A stretch of DNA of 64,000 bases, taken from positions 7,502,001 through 7,566,000 of the forward strand of contig OX597837.1 in the NCBI GenBank assembly GCA_951406725.2, in the 5' to 3' direction. The translations under genes were made by a program, and so were the position numbers. A model generated the notes under the pieces. The model worked only from the letters and a program-made list of their open reading frames with translations, made no database searches and was not told the DNA's origin. Source of the stretch: Octopus vulgaris. Lineage: Eukaryota. This document shows, piece by piece, positions 42,664-56,429 of this stretch. The stretch's first letter is position 1; the number at the start of each line of letters is the position of its first letter.

Positions 42664-43023
42664 CTGTCTATGTGGTCAATTGAACTGCTAGAAATAGCAG
42701 CTTAGTCTCCCACAAATCACATCTTAGAAACAGACACAACGGTCAATGACTGAGTCCATATGGTCAATTGAACTGCTAGAAATAGCAGCTTAGTCTCCTT
42801 GAAATCACATCTTAGAAACGCACACAACAGTCAATGTCTGTTTCTATATGGTCAACTGGACTGCTAGAAATAGCAGCTTAATCACCCTCAAATCATGTCT
42901 CAGACACAACAATCACTGTATCTACATGGTCAATTGGACTGCTAGAAATAGTAGCTTAATCTCCCTAAAAATCACATCTTAGAAACAGACAACAGTCAAT
43001 GACTGTGTCTATATAGTCAATTG
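42664..43023. repeat. ~85-90-bp tandem repeat, 4 units
   Basis: Repeated GGTCAATTGAACTGCTAGAAATAGCAGCTTA...; the core matches a dispersed repeat seen more than 10 times (GCTAGAAATAGCAGCCAAATCTCCC). Confidence 0.85.
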
Positions 43024-43443
43024 GAGACAAACACATACACACACACATATATATACAACAGGCTTCTTTCAGTTTCCGTCTACCAAATCCACTCACAAGG
43101 CTTTGGTCGGCCCAAGGCTATAGTAGAAGACACTTGCCCAAGGTGCCACGCAGTGGGAGTGAACCTGAAACAATGTGGTTGGTAAGCAAGCTACTTACCA
43201 CACATCCACTCCTACATTTTCATAATTTGAAAAAAACATTTTATTCTGTGTCATTGTTTCGAGGACATTTGAATATCATGAGTACCAAACGTTAAAGTTT
43301 AATAATGAAATATTATTAAAATGCAAAACAATTATATTTCCTTGTAATTAAACTATGTGCAGTGAGATCGCATAAAATGCAGGACAGCAGTACAACAGGT
43401 TGAGATACTTAATGTTAATCCAAAATCCGTATTAATTCACATA

Positions 43444-44033
43444 TGCAGGAGTGGCTGTGTGGTAAGTAGCTTGCTTATCAACCACATGGTTCGGGTTCAT
43501 GCGTGGCACCTTGGGCAAGTGTCTTCTACTATAGCCTCGGGCCGACCAAAGCCTTGTGAATGGATTTGGTAGACGGAAACTGAAAGGAGCCCGTCGTATA
43601 TATGTATATATATAATATATATATATGTGTATATTCAAAGGGCAAGACCGCTAGGTAGTCGGCCGTATGCTAGAAATAGATCACCAACAATCAAACTACA
43701 AAGAAGGTTCTCTAGAGGAAAATTCAGCGAACACCAGAACAATTAGGCGGGCAAGACAGATGAAAATTATATAAAAAAACAGAATTAATCATATATATAT
43801 ATATATATATATGCGTGTGTGTATATGTTTGTGTGTCTGTGTTTGTCCCCACAACATCGCTTGACAACCGATGCTGGTGTGTTTACGTCTCCGTAACTTA
43901 GCGGTTCGGCAAAAGAGACCGATAGAATAAGTACTGGGCTTACACAGAATAAGACCTGGGGTCGATTTGCTCGACTAAAAAAGGCAGTGCTGCAGCATGA
44001 CCACAGTCAAATGACTGAAAAGAGTAAAAGAGT
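43444..44033 (+). mobile_element. SINE family A with ~155-bp insert in its (TA)n tract
   Basis: Head and tail intact; foreign DNA ~43635-43790. Confidence 0.75.
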
Positions 44034-44304
44034 ATACAGATGTGACAGGGGCCGTTGCTTCAATCAATGTGTCATTTGATTGGACACTGGATGAAGGGGG
44101 TTTACTACCCACCCTGAACTGGGTCTCGAAGGAACCATTTCTATCCTGAAGGATGCTAAAATGATAGGCAGCGGAGCGGTGGGATGTGAGTTGAAAATGA
44201 AAGCAAAGAGTTGGATGGAATACCAAAAGGTATCCAACCCAATCCAATCCTCTCACAATTCAGCCAATCAACCATCTTGGACCAGTACTATGTTTATTGA
44301 CCCC

Positions 44305-44487
44305 ACGTAAAAAGCACCCACTACACTCGCGGAGTGGTTGGCGTTAGGAAGGGCATCCAGCTGTAGAAACACTGCCAGATCAGACTGGAGCCTGGGGCAG
44401 CCTCCTGGCTCCCCAGACCCCGGTCGAACCGTCCAACCCGTGCTAGCGCGGAAAACGGACGTTAAACGATGATGATGATGATGATGA
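44305..44487 (+). mobile_element. SINE family C (RTE-type GGCGTTAGGAAGGGCATCC motif, (GAT)n tail)
   Basis: Recurs at ~840-1530, 3650-3897, 4213-4440, 12265-12450, 18400-18590, 41712-42130, 49512-49843, 51694-51930, 52425-52757, 61805-62085, 63525-63925, with variable AAAAGCACC subrepeats. Confidence 0.75.
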
Positions 44488-44715
44488 AGTATGAAAGGTG
44501 TTGGTGTCTTTGCTGTGATTTGAACTTAGAGCCCAAAGATCAGGAACACACACTGCAAGGTCTTTTGTAATAATTGACAGTTCAGCATCTTTTGTTCCAG
44601 TAATTCATCATTATCATAATCATCAACATCACAATAAACAGTGCATAGGACTAAATGTCTTAGTAAATTCTTTGATATAAGATTGAAGGTGATGGAAGAT
44701 TGGCGGATTTGGAAG

Positions 44716-45615
44716 AAAATTGATGGAGCTGACGTAAGGTTGGTAGAGCTGATATAAGGTTGATGGAGGTGACATAAGGTTGATGGAGCTGACATAAGGT
44801 TGATGGAGCTGACATAAGGTTGATGGAGCTGACATAAGGTTGATGGAGCTGACATAAGGTTGATGGAACTGACACAAGGTTGATGGAACTGACACAAGGT
44901 TGATGGAACTGACTCAAAGTTGATGGAACTGACACAAGGTTGATGGAGCTGACATAAGGTTGATGGAGCTGACATAAGGTTGATGGAGCTGACACAAGGT
45001 TGATGGAGCTGACATAAGGTTGATGGAGCTGACACAAGGTTGATGGAGCTGACATAAGGTTGATGGAACTGACACAAGGTTGATGGAGTTGACATAAGGT
45101 TGATGGAGCAAATATAAGGTTGATGGAGCTGACATAAGGTTGATGGAGTTGACATAAGGTTGATGGAGTTGACATAAGGTTGATGAAGCAGATATAAGGT
45201 TGATGGAGCTGACAAAAGGTTGATGGAGCTGACAAAAGGTTGAAGGAACTGACACAAGGTTGATGGAACTGACAAAAGGTTGATGGAGTTGACATAAGGT
45301 TGATGGAGTTGACATAAAGCTGATGGAGTTGACATAAGGCTGATGGAGTTGACATAAGGTTGATGGAGTTGACATAAGGTTGATGGAACTGATGCAAGGT
45401 TGATGGAACTGACACAAGGTTGATGGAACTGACACAGGGTTGATGGAACTGACATAAAGTTGATGGAACTGACACAAGGTTGATGGAACTGACACAAAGT
45501 TGATGGAGTTGACATAAGGTTGATGGAGCTGACATAAGGTTGATGGAGCTGACAAAAGGTTGATGGTGCAAGCAAAAAGTTAATTGAGTAGATAAAAAGT
45601 TGATGGAGCTGACAG
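44716..45615. repeat. 20-bp minisatellite (GGTTGATGGAGCTGACATAA), roughly 45 units
   Basis: Tandem array in strict register, decaying at both edges. Confidence 0.95.
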
Positions 45616-46982
45616 GAGATTGATAGAGCTGACAAAGGTTGATGGAACTGACAGAAGATTGGTGGAGATGACAGAAGATTGAAGATGACATGAACAAAAG
45701 ATACACAACAGAAGACTGAAGAGTGACTAAAAATAAATGACAGATGACAAATGGTGAAAGGCAGAAGTTGATAGAAGATAGATGAAGATGACATAAGTCA
45801 GAATGATAGATGGACTGCAAACAGAATAAAGACTGAAGATATATGAAGAAAGACTGAAGTTGATAGAGAGAAGACAAGAGACTGATTATTAAAAAAAAAA
45901 ACAGAACAGAAGAAGAGAGAGGAAAGAGAAGATGAGAAAAAAATGACTAAAGATTGAAGACAGACGAAATTAGAAGAGAGAAGAATAAAGAGATATCAAA
46001 AGACAGAATATAAGAGAGAAACTGGAAGACAGATGGAAGAAGAAGACACAAAAAGGCAGAGGCTAAAAAAAAGAGAGAGAAAACTAGAGAAAAGCAATGG
46101 AAGGTGGGGGGAGGGGGAATGGTTTTGTGTTATGGAATTTTATGGTTATTGTTGAGTTCTTCATCCAAAATAGACATTAATTTGGCATGATAAAATTGAT
46201 AGAATCAATCTGGGTGTTTATATGTAAAGTGTCCCACTACAAGCTCTGCTTATAGACAATGTCTGTTGGATGGGGAAATTTTTTTTTTTTTAAATATAGA
46301 ATTCATAGACATTTGTTTGGTTGAGAGAAGTGTGGCTGTGAGGGTGAGTGAGTGAGGTAAGAGAGTGTGAGTGAGAGTGAGGAGGAGAGGGTGTGTGTGT
46401 GTGTGGAGAGAGAGGGTGGTGGTGGAGAGAGAGTGGAGTGGTGAGTTTTGGTTTAAATATTAGTTCTACAGACTTTGTTTAGAGTGGATGAGTGGAGTGT
46501 GACTGCAAGAGAGTGAGAGAGATAGTGTGAGTGAATGTGTATGTGAGAGGAGGGACAGAGATAGAGAGGAAGGAGGGAGGGAGGGAGAGAGAGAGAGTTG
46601 TTTTTGTTTTAAATATACAATCCATACTTTGGTTGAGAGGGTAAATGTGTGAGAGAGAATGTGTGTGTATGTGTGAGTGAGAGAGAGAGAGACAGACAGA
46701 ATGTGTGAGAGAGAGGGAGAGAATATGAGAGAGAAAGAATGTGAGAAAGAATAAGAGAGAGAGAGGCAGAATGTGTGTGTGTGAGTGAGAGAGAGAGAGA
46801 CAGACAGAATGTGAGAGAGAGGGAGATATGAGAGAGGGAGAATGTGAGGGAAAGAATGTAAGAGAGAGAGAGAGAGGTAGAATGTGTGTGAGAGAGAGGA
46901 GAGAATATGAGAGAGAAAGAATGTGAGATAGAGAAAGAGAGAAGGAGAAATATGAGAGACAGAGAGTAAGAAAGAGGAGGAT

Positions 46983-47017
<35 letters not shown>

Positions 47018-47582
47018 AAACATGCAAGAGTGGGAGAGTGGAGGGGGCAACATGTAAGATAAAGAGAGAGAGAAAGTGAGAAAAGCAGAGAGAGTATGTG
47101 AGAGAGAGAGAGAGAGAAGGGGAGAGAAAGAAAGGTAGTGAACAGAGAAGAAAGTATGTGGGAGAGAGAAATTGGAGAGAGAGAGAGAGAGAGAGAGGTG
47201 GGGAGGAGAGAGAAAAAACAGATATTTGTTGTGTTTTTTTTTTTAATTTCCATGGTTCCACAAATATTTGGATTTCTTACAAATTATCTGATCCATCTTT
47301 TCCACGGAACATTCCATTTTGATTTGGAACAATCCAATCCGTGCTGAGAATAAAAATTGGAATAAAGAGTGGTCGTGCGGTTAAGAAGTTTGATTTGATA
47401 CTGTATGGTCTCTGGTTCAATCCCACTCCACAGTACCTCTCCATTGGCAAACGTCTTCTACGATAGCCCTGAAAATTTGCAGCGAAATTAGCTATATAAA
47501 AACTAAATGAATGGGAAAATTCATAAGAAAGACCATTCCATGTTTTAGGGGACAGACAATACTGACATCCTTGGTTGTCCTA

Positions 47583-47811
47583 TTTCTTTACTGCCCGCAA
47601 GGGGCTACACACAGAGGGGACAAACAAGGACAGACAAATGGATTATGTCGATTACATCGACCCCAGTGCGTAACTGGTACTTAATTTATTGACCCCGAAA
47701 GGATGAAAGGCAAAGTCGATCTCGGCAGAATTTGAACTCAGAACGTAATGGCAGATGAAATACCACTAAACATTTTGCCTGGCATGCTAACGTTTCTGCC
47801 AGCTCACCGCC
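47583..47811 (-). mobile_element. Full-length tRNA-derived SINE family B (Meta/MESC-like central domain) with TSD
   Basis: GAGTTCAAATTC B-box; central CCTTTCATCCTTTCGGGGTC; TSD CCTTGGTTGTCCTA. Other copies 4002-4212, 4620-4830, 8590-8806, 20357-20586, 22222-22455, 35895-36045. Confidence 0.85.
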
Positions 47812-48129
47812 TTGGTTGTCCTAAACCTGACCAAAGTATTCTCATAAATTTCCTTTAAGGGCCCATACTTGTTTTCAGAGTTTTAGCTGGTCCTTGTTTC
47901 ATAATTCTGTGTAATATAAAGCTTTTCTAAGTCCCAAGAAACTCTGGTGCTTAACTCTTTTGTTACCCTATTTTTGTTGAGATGCTCTGTGCTTCTTTCA
48001 ATTAGTTTTAAATATGACAAAGAATTTAGTAAAATAACTTAGTTATCATTAAAGCTAGTGTTAGGAACATGTGACTAAGGTTTGGTGGAAGATTTTAATT
48101 CAGAACTTTTGAAAACAAAGATGTTTATA

Positions 48130-48550
48130 GGCGCAGGAGTGGCTGTGTGGTAAGTAGCTTGCTTACCAACCACATGGTTCCGGGTTCGGTCCCACTGCGT
48201 GGCACCTTGGGACAAGTGTCTTCTACTATAGCCTCGGGCCGACCAAAGCCTTGTGAGTGGATTTGGTAGATGGAAACTGAAAGAAGCCCATCGTATATAT
48301 GTATGTATATATATATATGTGTGTGTGTGTATGTTTGTGTGTCTGTGTTTGTCCCCCTAGCATTGCTTGACAACCAATGCTGGTGTGTTTATGTCCCCGT
48401 TACTAAGCGGTTCAGCAAAAGAGACCGATAGAATAAGTACTGGGTTTACAAAAGAATAAGTCCCGGGGTCGAGTTGCTCGATTAAAGGCGGTGATCCAGC
48501 ATAGCTGCAGTCAAATGACTAAAACAAGTAAAAGAGTAAAGAGTAAAGAG
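48130..48550 (+). mobile_element. Full-length SINE family A inside a piggyBac MITE
   Basis: Matches the 10672 copy; MITE sequence resumes after 48553. Confidence 0.85.
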
Positions 48551-48684
48551 TATACTTCAAGAGCCAAAGGCAATTTCAGCCATGTTGGTATCAAAATGAG
48601 AATGTGTATTATATCTGAAGCATGGATACCAAGGAAATCCTGTCCTGTATCTGACATGTGTTTTCGACAGAAGAGTCCGTCATA

Positions 48685-49084
48685 TCTTCTTTATATATAA
48701 AAGTAAGGTTGTGTGTCTGTCTCCTACGATTTAGATTCCTAACTCCTCCCACATTTTGCAGTGCAGTTTAACCAAAGTTGGGTATCTTATAGTCGTGATT
48801 CATATCGAGCCCTTCTGGGTATTAGCGCACGTCTACGATGAGTCTACGATTTAAAAAAAAAATTACCATCATTTTTTTCCCATTTTAATGCATTTTTTCG
48901 CTATTATATAAGGGAAGTAACTCTCTAAAAATGTCTACGATGAGTCAACGATTTAAAAAAATTTACCATCATTTTTTTTCCATCTTTAATGCATTTTTTT
49001 GCTATTTTTTGGCTATAACTCTCTAAAAATGCTTATATAGTTATTTCCCTTACAAACCCGAGCAACGCCGGGCGATACTGCTAG
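48685..49084 (+). mobile_element. Non-autonomous Helitron
   Basis: A|TC start, subterminal hairpin cccg...cggg, CTAG|T end, no TSD. Confidence 0.8.
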
Positions 49085-52000
49085 TACATGTATATATATA
49101 TGACGGAAGAGTCCATCATATATATGTATATATCAGCATGGGTGTGCATCTTTGCGTTTGTCCCCACCATCACTGCTTGACAACCACTGCTGGTTTGTAT
49201 ACATCCCTATAACATGGTGGTTTAACAAAAGAGGTTGACAGAATAAGTAGCAGATATTGAAAAGGAAAATATGTAATGGGGTTGATTTGTTCAACTAAAA
49301 TCCTTTACGGGGTTGATCCAGCATGGTCACAATCTTACAACTGAAGCAAATTAAAGATAGTCCACTGCATTTGGACCAAGTAATTGATCCAAAATAAGCA
49401 TCTTACTTTCCTGCCATTAGTCTTGAAGACCCTAAAGAAGTTCATAATTACCGACATTTTACCTTGAGTGCAGAATTACAAAAAACTGAAAATAAATTTC
49501 TTTTTTAAATGATGACTGGCACCTGTGCCAGTGGCACATAAAAAGCACCATTTGAGCGTTGCCGATGCCAGTGCCCTCTGATTGGCACTTGTGCCAATGA
49601 CACGTAAAAAGCACCGTTCAAGCATGGCTGACGCTAGTGCCGCCTGACTGGCTCCCATGCCGGTAGCATGTAAAAGCACCCACTACACTCTCAGAGTGGT
49701 TGGTGTTAGGAAGGGCAAACAGCTGTAGAAACTCTGCCAAATCAGATTGGAGCCTGGTGCAGCTTCCTGGCTTGCCAGTTCTCAGTCAAACCGTCCAACC
49801 CATGCAAGCATGGAAAACAGATATAAAACAACGATGATGATGACGGTATGTGATTTGAGGGTTATTTAGCAGCTATTTCTAGAGACAGTTGTATAAGGCT
49901 CCAAGGAGTAGCATCAAATTAGGAACTAAAAGATTACAGAGCAAACTTCTTAAAAAGCCTACGAGGTGGAGGGCAATCGTCACACCAAAGATTAAGGGTT
50001 TCCTTGGATAAGACAGATACTGACACAAAAGGAGACACTGGACTGAACTCAGACTCCCTAATAAATATTTTGTGTTACCCTTTCATCTCCCTCAACTCTT
50101 TAACATTCAAACCGGTCATGTCGATCCCAAATATTCTGTTTTGGGATCAGGCCTCTCACAACCACCCAGCAATGCCATTCTAAAAGTACACCATCACATC
50201 ACTGAAATCCAAAAGCTATGAGATAATGCATGATTACTTTAAAAGAATTTCAATGAACAAGCATCCCATGTGATAGGGGTAATTGAAATGGCAAAGGGTT
50301 TAATATGAACCTATTCAGAGAAGAGTTTTAGGGACCATAGAACCAGAAGGAGTTTCTGGTAGATTGGCACCAAAAGTTTTAATGTTTTTATTTTTTATCT
50401 TTTATGTAGTGGGGGGGGGGGGGGGCTCTGAAAGGGGTCTCAGGAAGAATGTCCCTGCTTTCCTGAGCTAGTTTTCCACCACATTTATTAAAAATCTTGG
50501 TAGAGACTTTGGTCTCAGGACCACTCATGTCTAGAAACTGAGGTTGCGGGTAAGCAAGGGCATGCTCCCCATAGAAAATCCAGCTCTGAAGAAGCCTCAT
50601 GATAGCAAAGGAGAATGGGTACCAGCTGGCCCAAAAGTTGAGGTGGGCCACACCTACCTACCTCAGTTGCTATGGCATTGAGGTAGATCCAGCCACCCCT
50701 GTTAATGGGGACAAAACCCAGATTTAAAACACTGGATAATGATGATGAGGTGCTTCATTTTTTAGACTGTGGCCATGCTGGTGCACCACCTTGAAGGATT
50801 TTAGTCAAACGAATGATCCCCAGTATTTATTTCTTTTAACCCTTAGAACTTGAAACGCCAGTGCACTGGCACTATTCCAGGGCTGTGTATTCCTGAAATG
50901 CCAGTCTATCAGCATTCCACGTTTCTTCATTTTTCACCATTTTGTATCCTTGTGTTGTAAAACAAGTATGTTGTTCAGAATATATTCTAAAATAAAAAAA
51001 ATTTTCAGTGAAACTCACCAGGAGCTTAGGGTGGTGGATTCAATTCCTGTGGGAGGTTAGGGTCCAAAGGGGTTAATCCCAGCATTTATTCTATCTCTCT
51101 CTTTTGCCAAGCTGCTAAGTAACAACACCAACACTGGTTGTCAAACAGTGGTGGGGAACAAACATAGACATTCACAGAGTAATACCAATTCCATTAACGG
51201 CACGCCAGCACTATCGTGAACCGTTCAGTTTACTAGCAATTTTGGGGGACATGAAATGTCTCGAGTGACGAAAGGGGTCTCAAAAAGGTGACTCAAGTAA
51301 TGAACACCCAAGCTGGTAACAAGCCGGGATGATAGCAGAGGGTGAGGGTCAGTTTTGCTTGGTGCACATCCCGGCTAGAATTTGCTGTACTGTCTTTGGA
51401 ATTTCCTATTGGAACAATAGTTTTTGGCTTACGAACATTTCAGGTGTCAAATGTCCCTAAGGAACAAATTAAATTTGTAAACGGAGATTCCACCGGAAGT
51501 ATCATCATAATCATCGTTTAATGTTCGTTTTCCATGCTGGCATGGGTTGGACGGTTCATTTAACTAAGGTATCTTCGGCCTAATGAGTAGCTAATGGAGT
51601 TCTTCTCTTTGGGTAATTATAACTTCCGAGGATCTGCTAGTTAGGAAACGTAGCCTGGATTTTACCTGCTCCATTTCTTCCATTTGGATTTGTATCATCA
51701 TCATCATCATCATCCTCGTTTAAGGTCTGTTTTCCATGCTAGCATGGGTTGGACGGTTCGACTGCGGTCTGGGAAGCCAGGAGGCTGCACCAGGCCCCAA
51801 TCTGATCTGGCAGTGTTTCTACAGCTGGATGCCCTTCCTAACGCCAACCACAACGAGATTGTAGTGGGTGCTTTTTACATGCCACCGGCACAAGGAGCCA
51901 GAGGAGCTGGCATCGACCACGATCGGATGGTGATATATATATATATCCCACACAAAAACTTCAGGGGTTACTCAGAGGGTTTTCAAACCCTTCTAAATCC

Positions 52001-52261
52001 ATTGCAATGCTGAAAACCTTTCTGTGTAATCACCAGTATCTCAAAGGGACAAGCATCTTGTCCCTTAGCCTATATGATTCACCTGAGTGGGGCAGCAAGG
52101 ACTGAGCTAGTTTACACCAATGGAAGGGTTCCACTTGCAATCCCTTATGAACAATAGCTGTCTTGAGCCAGTTTCAGGTGCTGTGCCCCCTTTTCCTTGA
52201 AGGCTTTCATCAGTTGTCTGAGTTGTCAAGAAAAAGCCATCCCAACTCACACACACATATA

Positions 52262-52420
52262 CAAGGGTGTGCTGAAAAGTTCCTGGCATTAAGGGTGTTG
52301 TGAAAGGCTTGCCTGGAGGCCCAAACTTCCGAGTTTTTGGTACAGGGCTTAGAAAAACTGAAGTACCACTGCAATACGTGTATGAATCTGGGAGGGGAAT
52401 ATGTTCAATAAAATCATAAT
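52262..52420 (+). mobile_element. mariner deletion derivative
   Basis: TA|CAAGGGTGTGCTGAAAAGTTCC terminus joined to a mariner C-terminal motif LEKLKYHCNTCMNLGGEYVQ*. Confidence 0.65.
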
Positions 52421-53180
52421 TACCGATGGAAATCGTTGCTGTAATACCAGTGCCGGTGGCACATAAGAAAATCATCCAAATGTGGCCGTTGCCAGCGCCG
52501 CCCCAACTGGCTTCCGTACCGGTGGCACGTAAAAAGCACCATCCGATCGTGGCCGTTGCCAGCCTCACCTGCCCTCCGTGCCGGTGGCACGTAAAAAGCA
52601 CCCACTACACTCACGGAGTGGTTGGCATTAGGAAGGGCATCCAGCCATAGAAACATTGCTAGATCAGATTGGGCCTGGTGCAGCCTTCTGGCTTCACAGA
52701 CCCCAGTTGCACCGTCCAACCCATGCCAGCATGGAAACGATGATAATGATGATGATATGTACATATATGACAGGCTTCCTAGTCTACCAAATCCACTCAC
52801 AAGGTTCTGGCTGGCCCGAAGCTATAGTAGAAGACACTTGCCCTAGGTGCCATGCAGTGGGACTGAACCCAGGACAATGCAGTTAAGAAGCAAGCTTGTT
52901 ACCACACAGCCACTTGCTGTATCTATGTGTGTTTACAAAGTATGGATTGATAAATTTGCCAGCATTTCTTGATTTGTTATTTAGTAATATCAGGGAGTGT
53001 ATATGTGTGTGTGTTTACATTTGTATACATCCTATATACCGCATATTATTAGTCACATACACCCGCTTTCACTTCAACATACATGTTCTCACACACATAT
53101 ATATTTACATGCTTACCAACAGACATACATACATTTATACACACACACACACACATATATATGTGTGTGTGTATATACAA

Positions 53181-53213
<33 letters not shown>

Positions 53214-53875
53214 CTTTTATAGCCTCAGGCCAAATAAAATCTAGTTAGTGGATTTGGTAGACAGAAACTGAAAGAAGCCTGTTGTATGTATATATGTGTG
53301 TGTGTTAGTGTGTGTTTGTGTGTGTGTATCTATGTTTGTCCCCCCAACATCGCTTGACAAACGATGCTGGTGTGTTTACGTCCCTGTAACTTAGCAAAAG
53401 AGACCAATAGAATAAGTACTAGGTTTACAAAGAATAAGTCCTAGAGTCGATTTGTCCGACTAAAGGCACTGCTCCAGCATGGCCACAGTCAAATGACTGA
53501 AACAAATAAAAGACTAAAAGAACATATATATATATATATATATATAAAATGATCATCATCATTTAAATCTGTTTACCATGCTGGTATGGGTTGGATGGGT
53601 TAACAGGAGCCAGCAAGCCTGATGACTGCACGGTGCTAAAGCAGACGCTAGTAGGGGGTGAGGGATGGGGGGGCTTGATGCAGTCCTCTGGCTTGCCGGC
53701 TCCTGTTGAATCGCTCAGCCTATGGCATCATAGAAACCAAATATTAAATTATGATGATAATGATGATGATATACACACAGATCCATCACTATTGATGAAT
53801 TCACACATTTGCAGAAGCGAAACACATCCACACACACATGGATGTTTCTCTTCCACTCTCTATCCACACACTATT

Positions 53876-53877
<2 letters not shown>

Positions 53878-53912
<35 letters not shown>

Positions 53913-54061
53913 TATATACATATATATATACATACATACATATATACATATATATATATATACAGATATATATATATATACAGATATATACATATATATA
54001 TACATACATATATACATATATATATATATACAGATATATACATATATATAATATACATACA

Positions 54062-54093
<32 letters not shown>

Positions 54094-54171
54094 CATACAT
54101 ATATACATATATATATATATACATACATATATACACATATATATATATATATATATATACATATATATACA

Positions 54172-54205
<34 letters not shown>

Positions 54206-54283
54206 CATACACATATATACATATATATAATATACATACATATATATATATATATATATACATACACATATATATATATACAT

Positions 54284-54310
<27 letters not shown>
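53878..54310. repeat. (TA/CA)n microsatellite field; representative of many (e.g. 26125-26770, 27235-27715, 39940-40680)
   Basis: Directly visible. Confidence 0.95.
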
Positions 54311-54318
<8 letters not shown>

Positions 54319-55148
54319 ATATGTATATGTGTTATACAATCATACACAACTCAATATAACCCACCACGCACACACACATACATTATACACAAGCACACAC
54401 ATTCTCTGTATAGTATCATACACATATATAACTAAAAGTGCACAAGTTCATATTACACTGAAGTCATCCTCATCATCATCCTCATCATCACCATCATCCT
54501 CATCATCACCATCACCGTCATCATCATCATGACTATTTCGAAGATACCTCATATTTCTTAAAGAAATCCATATTTGTGTATGTGTGAGTGTTTATATATA
54601 CACCCACATATGAACACATTTAGACACAAATGGGTGTAGATATTTTCTATACATGTTAGTTATATAGTCATATTTTTAGATACAGAGGAATAATATACAC
54701 ACTTATAGGTACATGTATGTATATATGGATAGCATAATCAACACATGAAGATATTATATACACACACACAATCATTTATATATATGAAGCACACACATAC
54801 ATATATACATACTTTCATTTACACTGACTATATACACACACATATGAACCACACACACATATATATATACACACATGCACATGTTTCCACAAAATATACA
54901 CACATCCACATATTTATACACACCCACACAAACATACATACATGTATATACATACATACATACACACATACATACGTATATTCCCACAAAATATATACAC
55001 ATACAGACACATACATATATGTATGCACACATAAAAACAGACATATATAAATACAGATTTACACACACAAACACATATACACAGACACATATATACATAG
55101 ACACACATACATATATATACACAGACACACATACTTATATATACACAG

Positions 55149-55191
<43 letters not shown>

Positions 55192-55262
55192 CACATGCAC
55201 ATATATATATACACACATATATATACACATACACACACATATATATATATATACACACACAT

Positions 55263-55313
<51 letters not shown>

Positions 55314-55578
55314 TACACATATATATAAACACACAAAGAAAACATACACATGTCCAAACAAAAAAAAAATACCAAAAACAATTAGGAAAAAATCTCATCA
55401 AAATAGTACAAACCTTAAAATGGTAAACACACAAAGCAACAACTAAAAAGAAAAATAACAAAAATCAAAAAATAAACCGAAGCTAAATTTATAAAAACCC
55501 TTAAAAACAACACCCTACCCACCCACCCTCTAAAAAAAACACCCCCTTCCAGAAATAATAAAGCTGGCACTAACTGAC

Positions 55579-55839
55579 CTGTGAGTGATTTAAGCGAGGT
55601 TTGCCTGAAGCCACGAGAACCGGGGTAGCACCTGAAGTTGTCCCTGGGCCCAGCGCCGCTGTTGTTCTAGTCCCTACTCCGAGCCCGGCTCCGGCCACGG
55701 CCCCTCCCGGCCCCTGCGGTGGGGTGGGCGGAGGAGGCGGCGGGTGCGGGTGGTGTTGGTGCTGATGGTGCAGCGCAGCGTGCCCCATGCTCCGGGGCTG
55801 TGCAAGCAACGTCAGATACATGTTTGAGAAACTGGCCAT
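55579..55839 (-). CDS. Candidate coding exon (first or internal) of an unidentified long-intron gene: MASFSNMYLTLLAQPRSMGHAALHHQHQHHPHPPPPPPTPPQGPGGAVAG...GKPRLNHSQ
   Basis: Only GC/CpG-rich non-repeat island in the window. One fully open frame of 87 codons from ATG 55839 ends at donor CAG|GTCAGT (phase 0); the other two frames have stops. Alternative acceptor ttttgttttgatggccag| before 55831 would make it a phase 2-0 internal exon. Confidence 0.7.
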
Positions 55840-56266
55840 CAAAACAAAACCCCCTGACTCCTACTACTACCACTACTACTACTACTACTACTGCCACTGC
55901 TAATACGGATGCTACTACTACTACTACTATTACTACTACAACTACCATCACCACAACAGCAGCAGCAACTCATCCGATGGATGTTTCCACATACAGATAT
56001 ATATGTGCATGTATATATATATATATATATATATACATATATGTATATATATATATATGCATATATATGCAGATATACAGACACAGTGAAGATCAGCTAC
56101 ACATGCAGGTATGCACACACATGCACTCACATAATACAGATAGATGCAAATAGAGAATTGTACGCATACACACAGACACAGAAAGATGCAAAGAGACACA
56201 CATGCACAGATGAATGTAAATAGATGTATGTCTGCGTACACAAAACATAAATATATGCACACATAC

Positions 56267-56300
<34 letters not shown>

Positions 56301-56357
56301 TTGATAGATAGATAGATAGATATATAGATGGATAGAAAGATAGATAGATAGATGGAT

Positions 56358-56389
<32 letters not shown>

Positions 56390-56393
56390 GGAT

Positions 56394-56429
<36 letters not shown>

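Noticed and set aside
44526-45877. ORFs of more than 400 aa
   Set aside because: Translations of the 20-bp minisatellite, open in all three minus frames.
49405-49490. Possible minus-strand microexon (tttattttcag ... caag|gtaaaa)
   Set aside because: Weak donor; such signals are expected by chance in AT-rich DNA.
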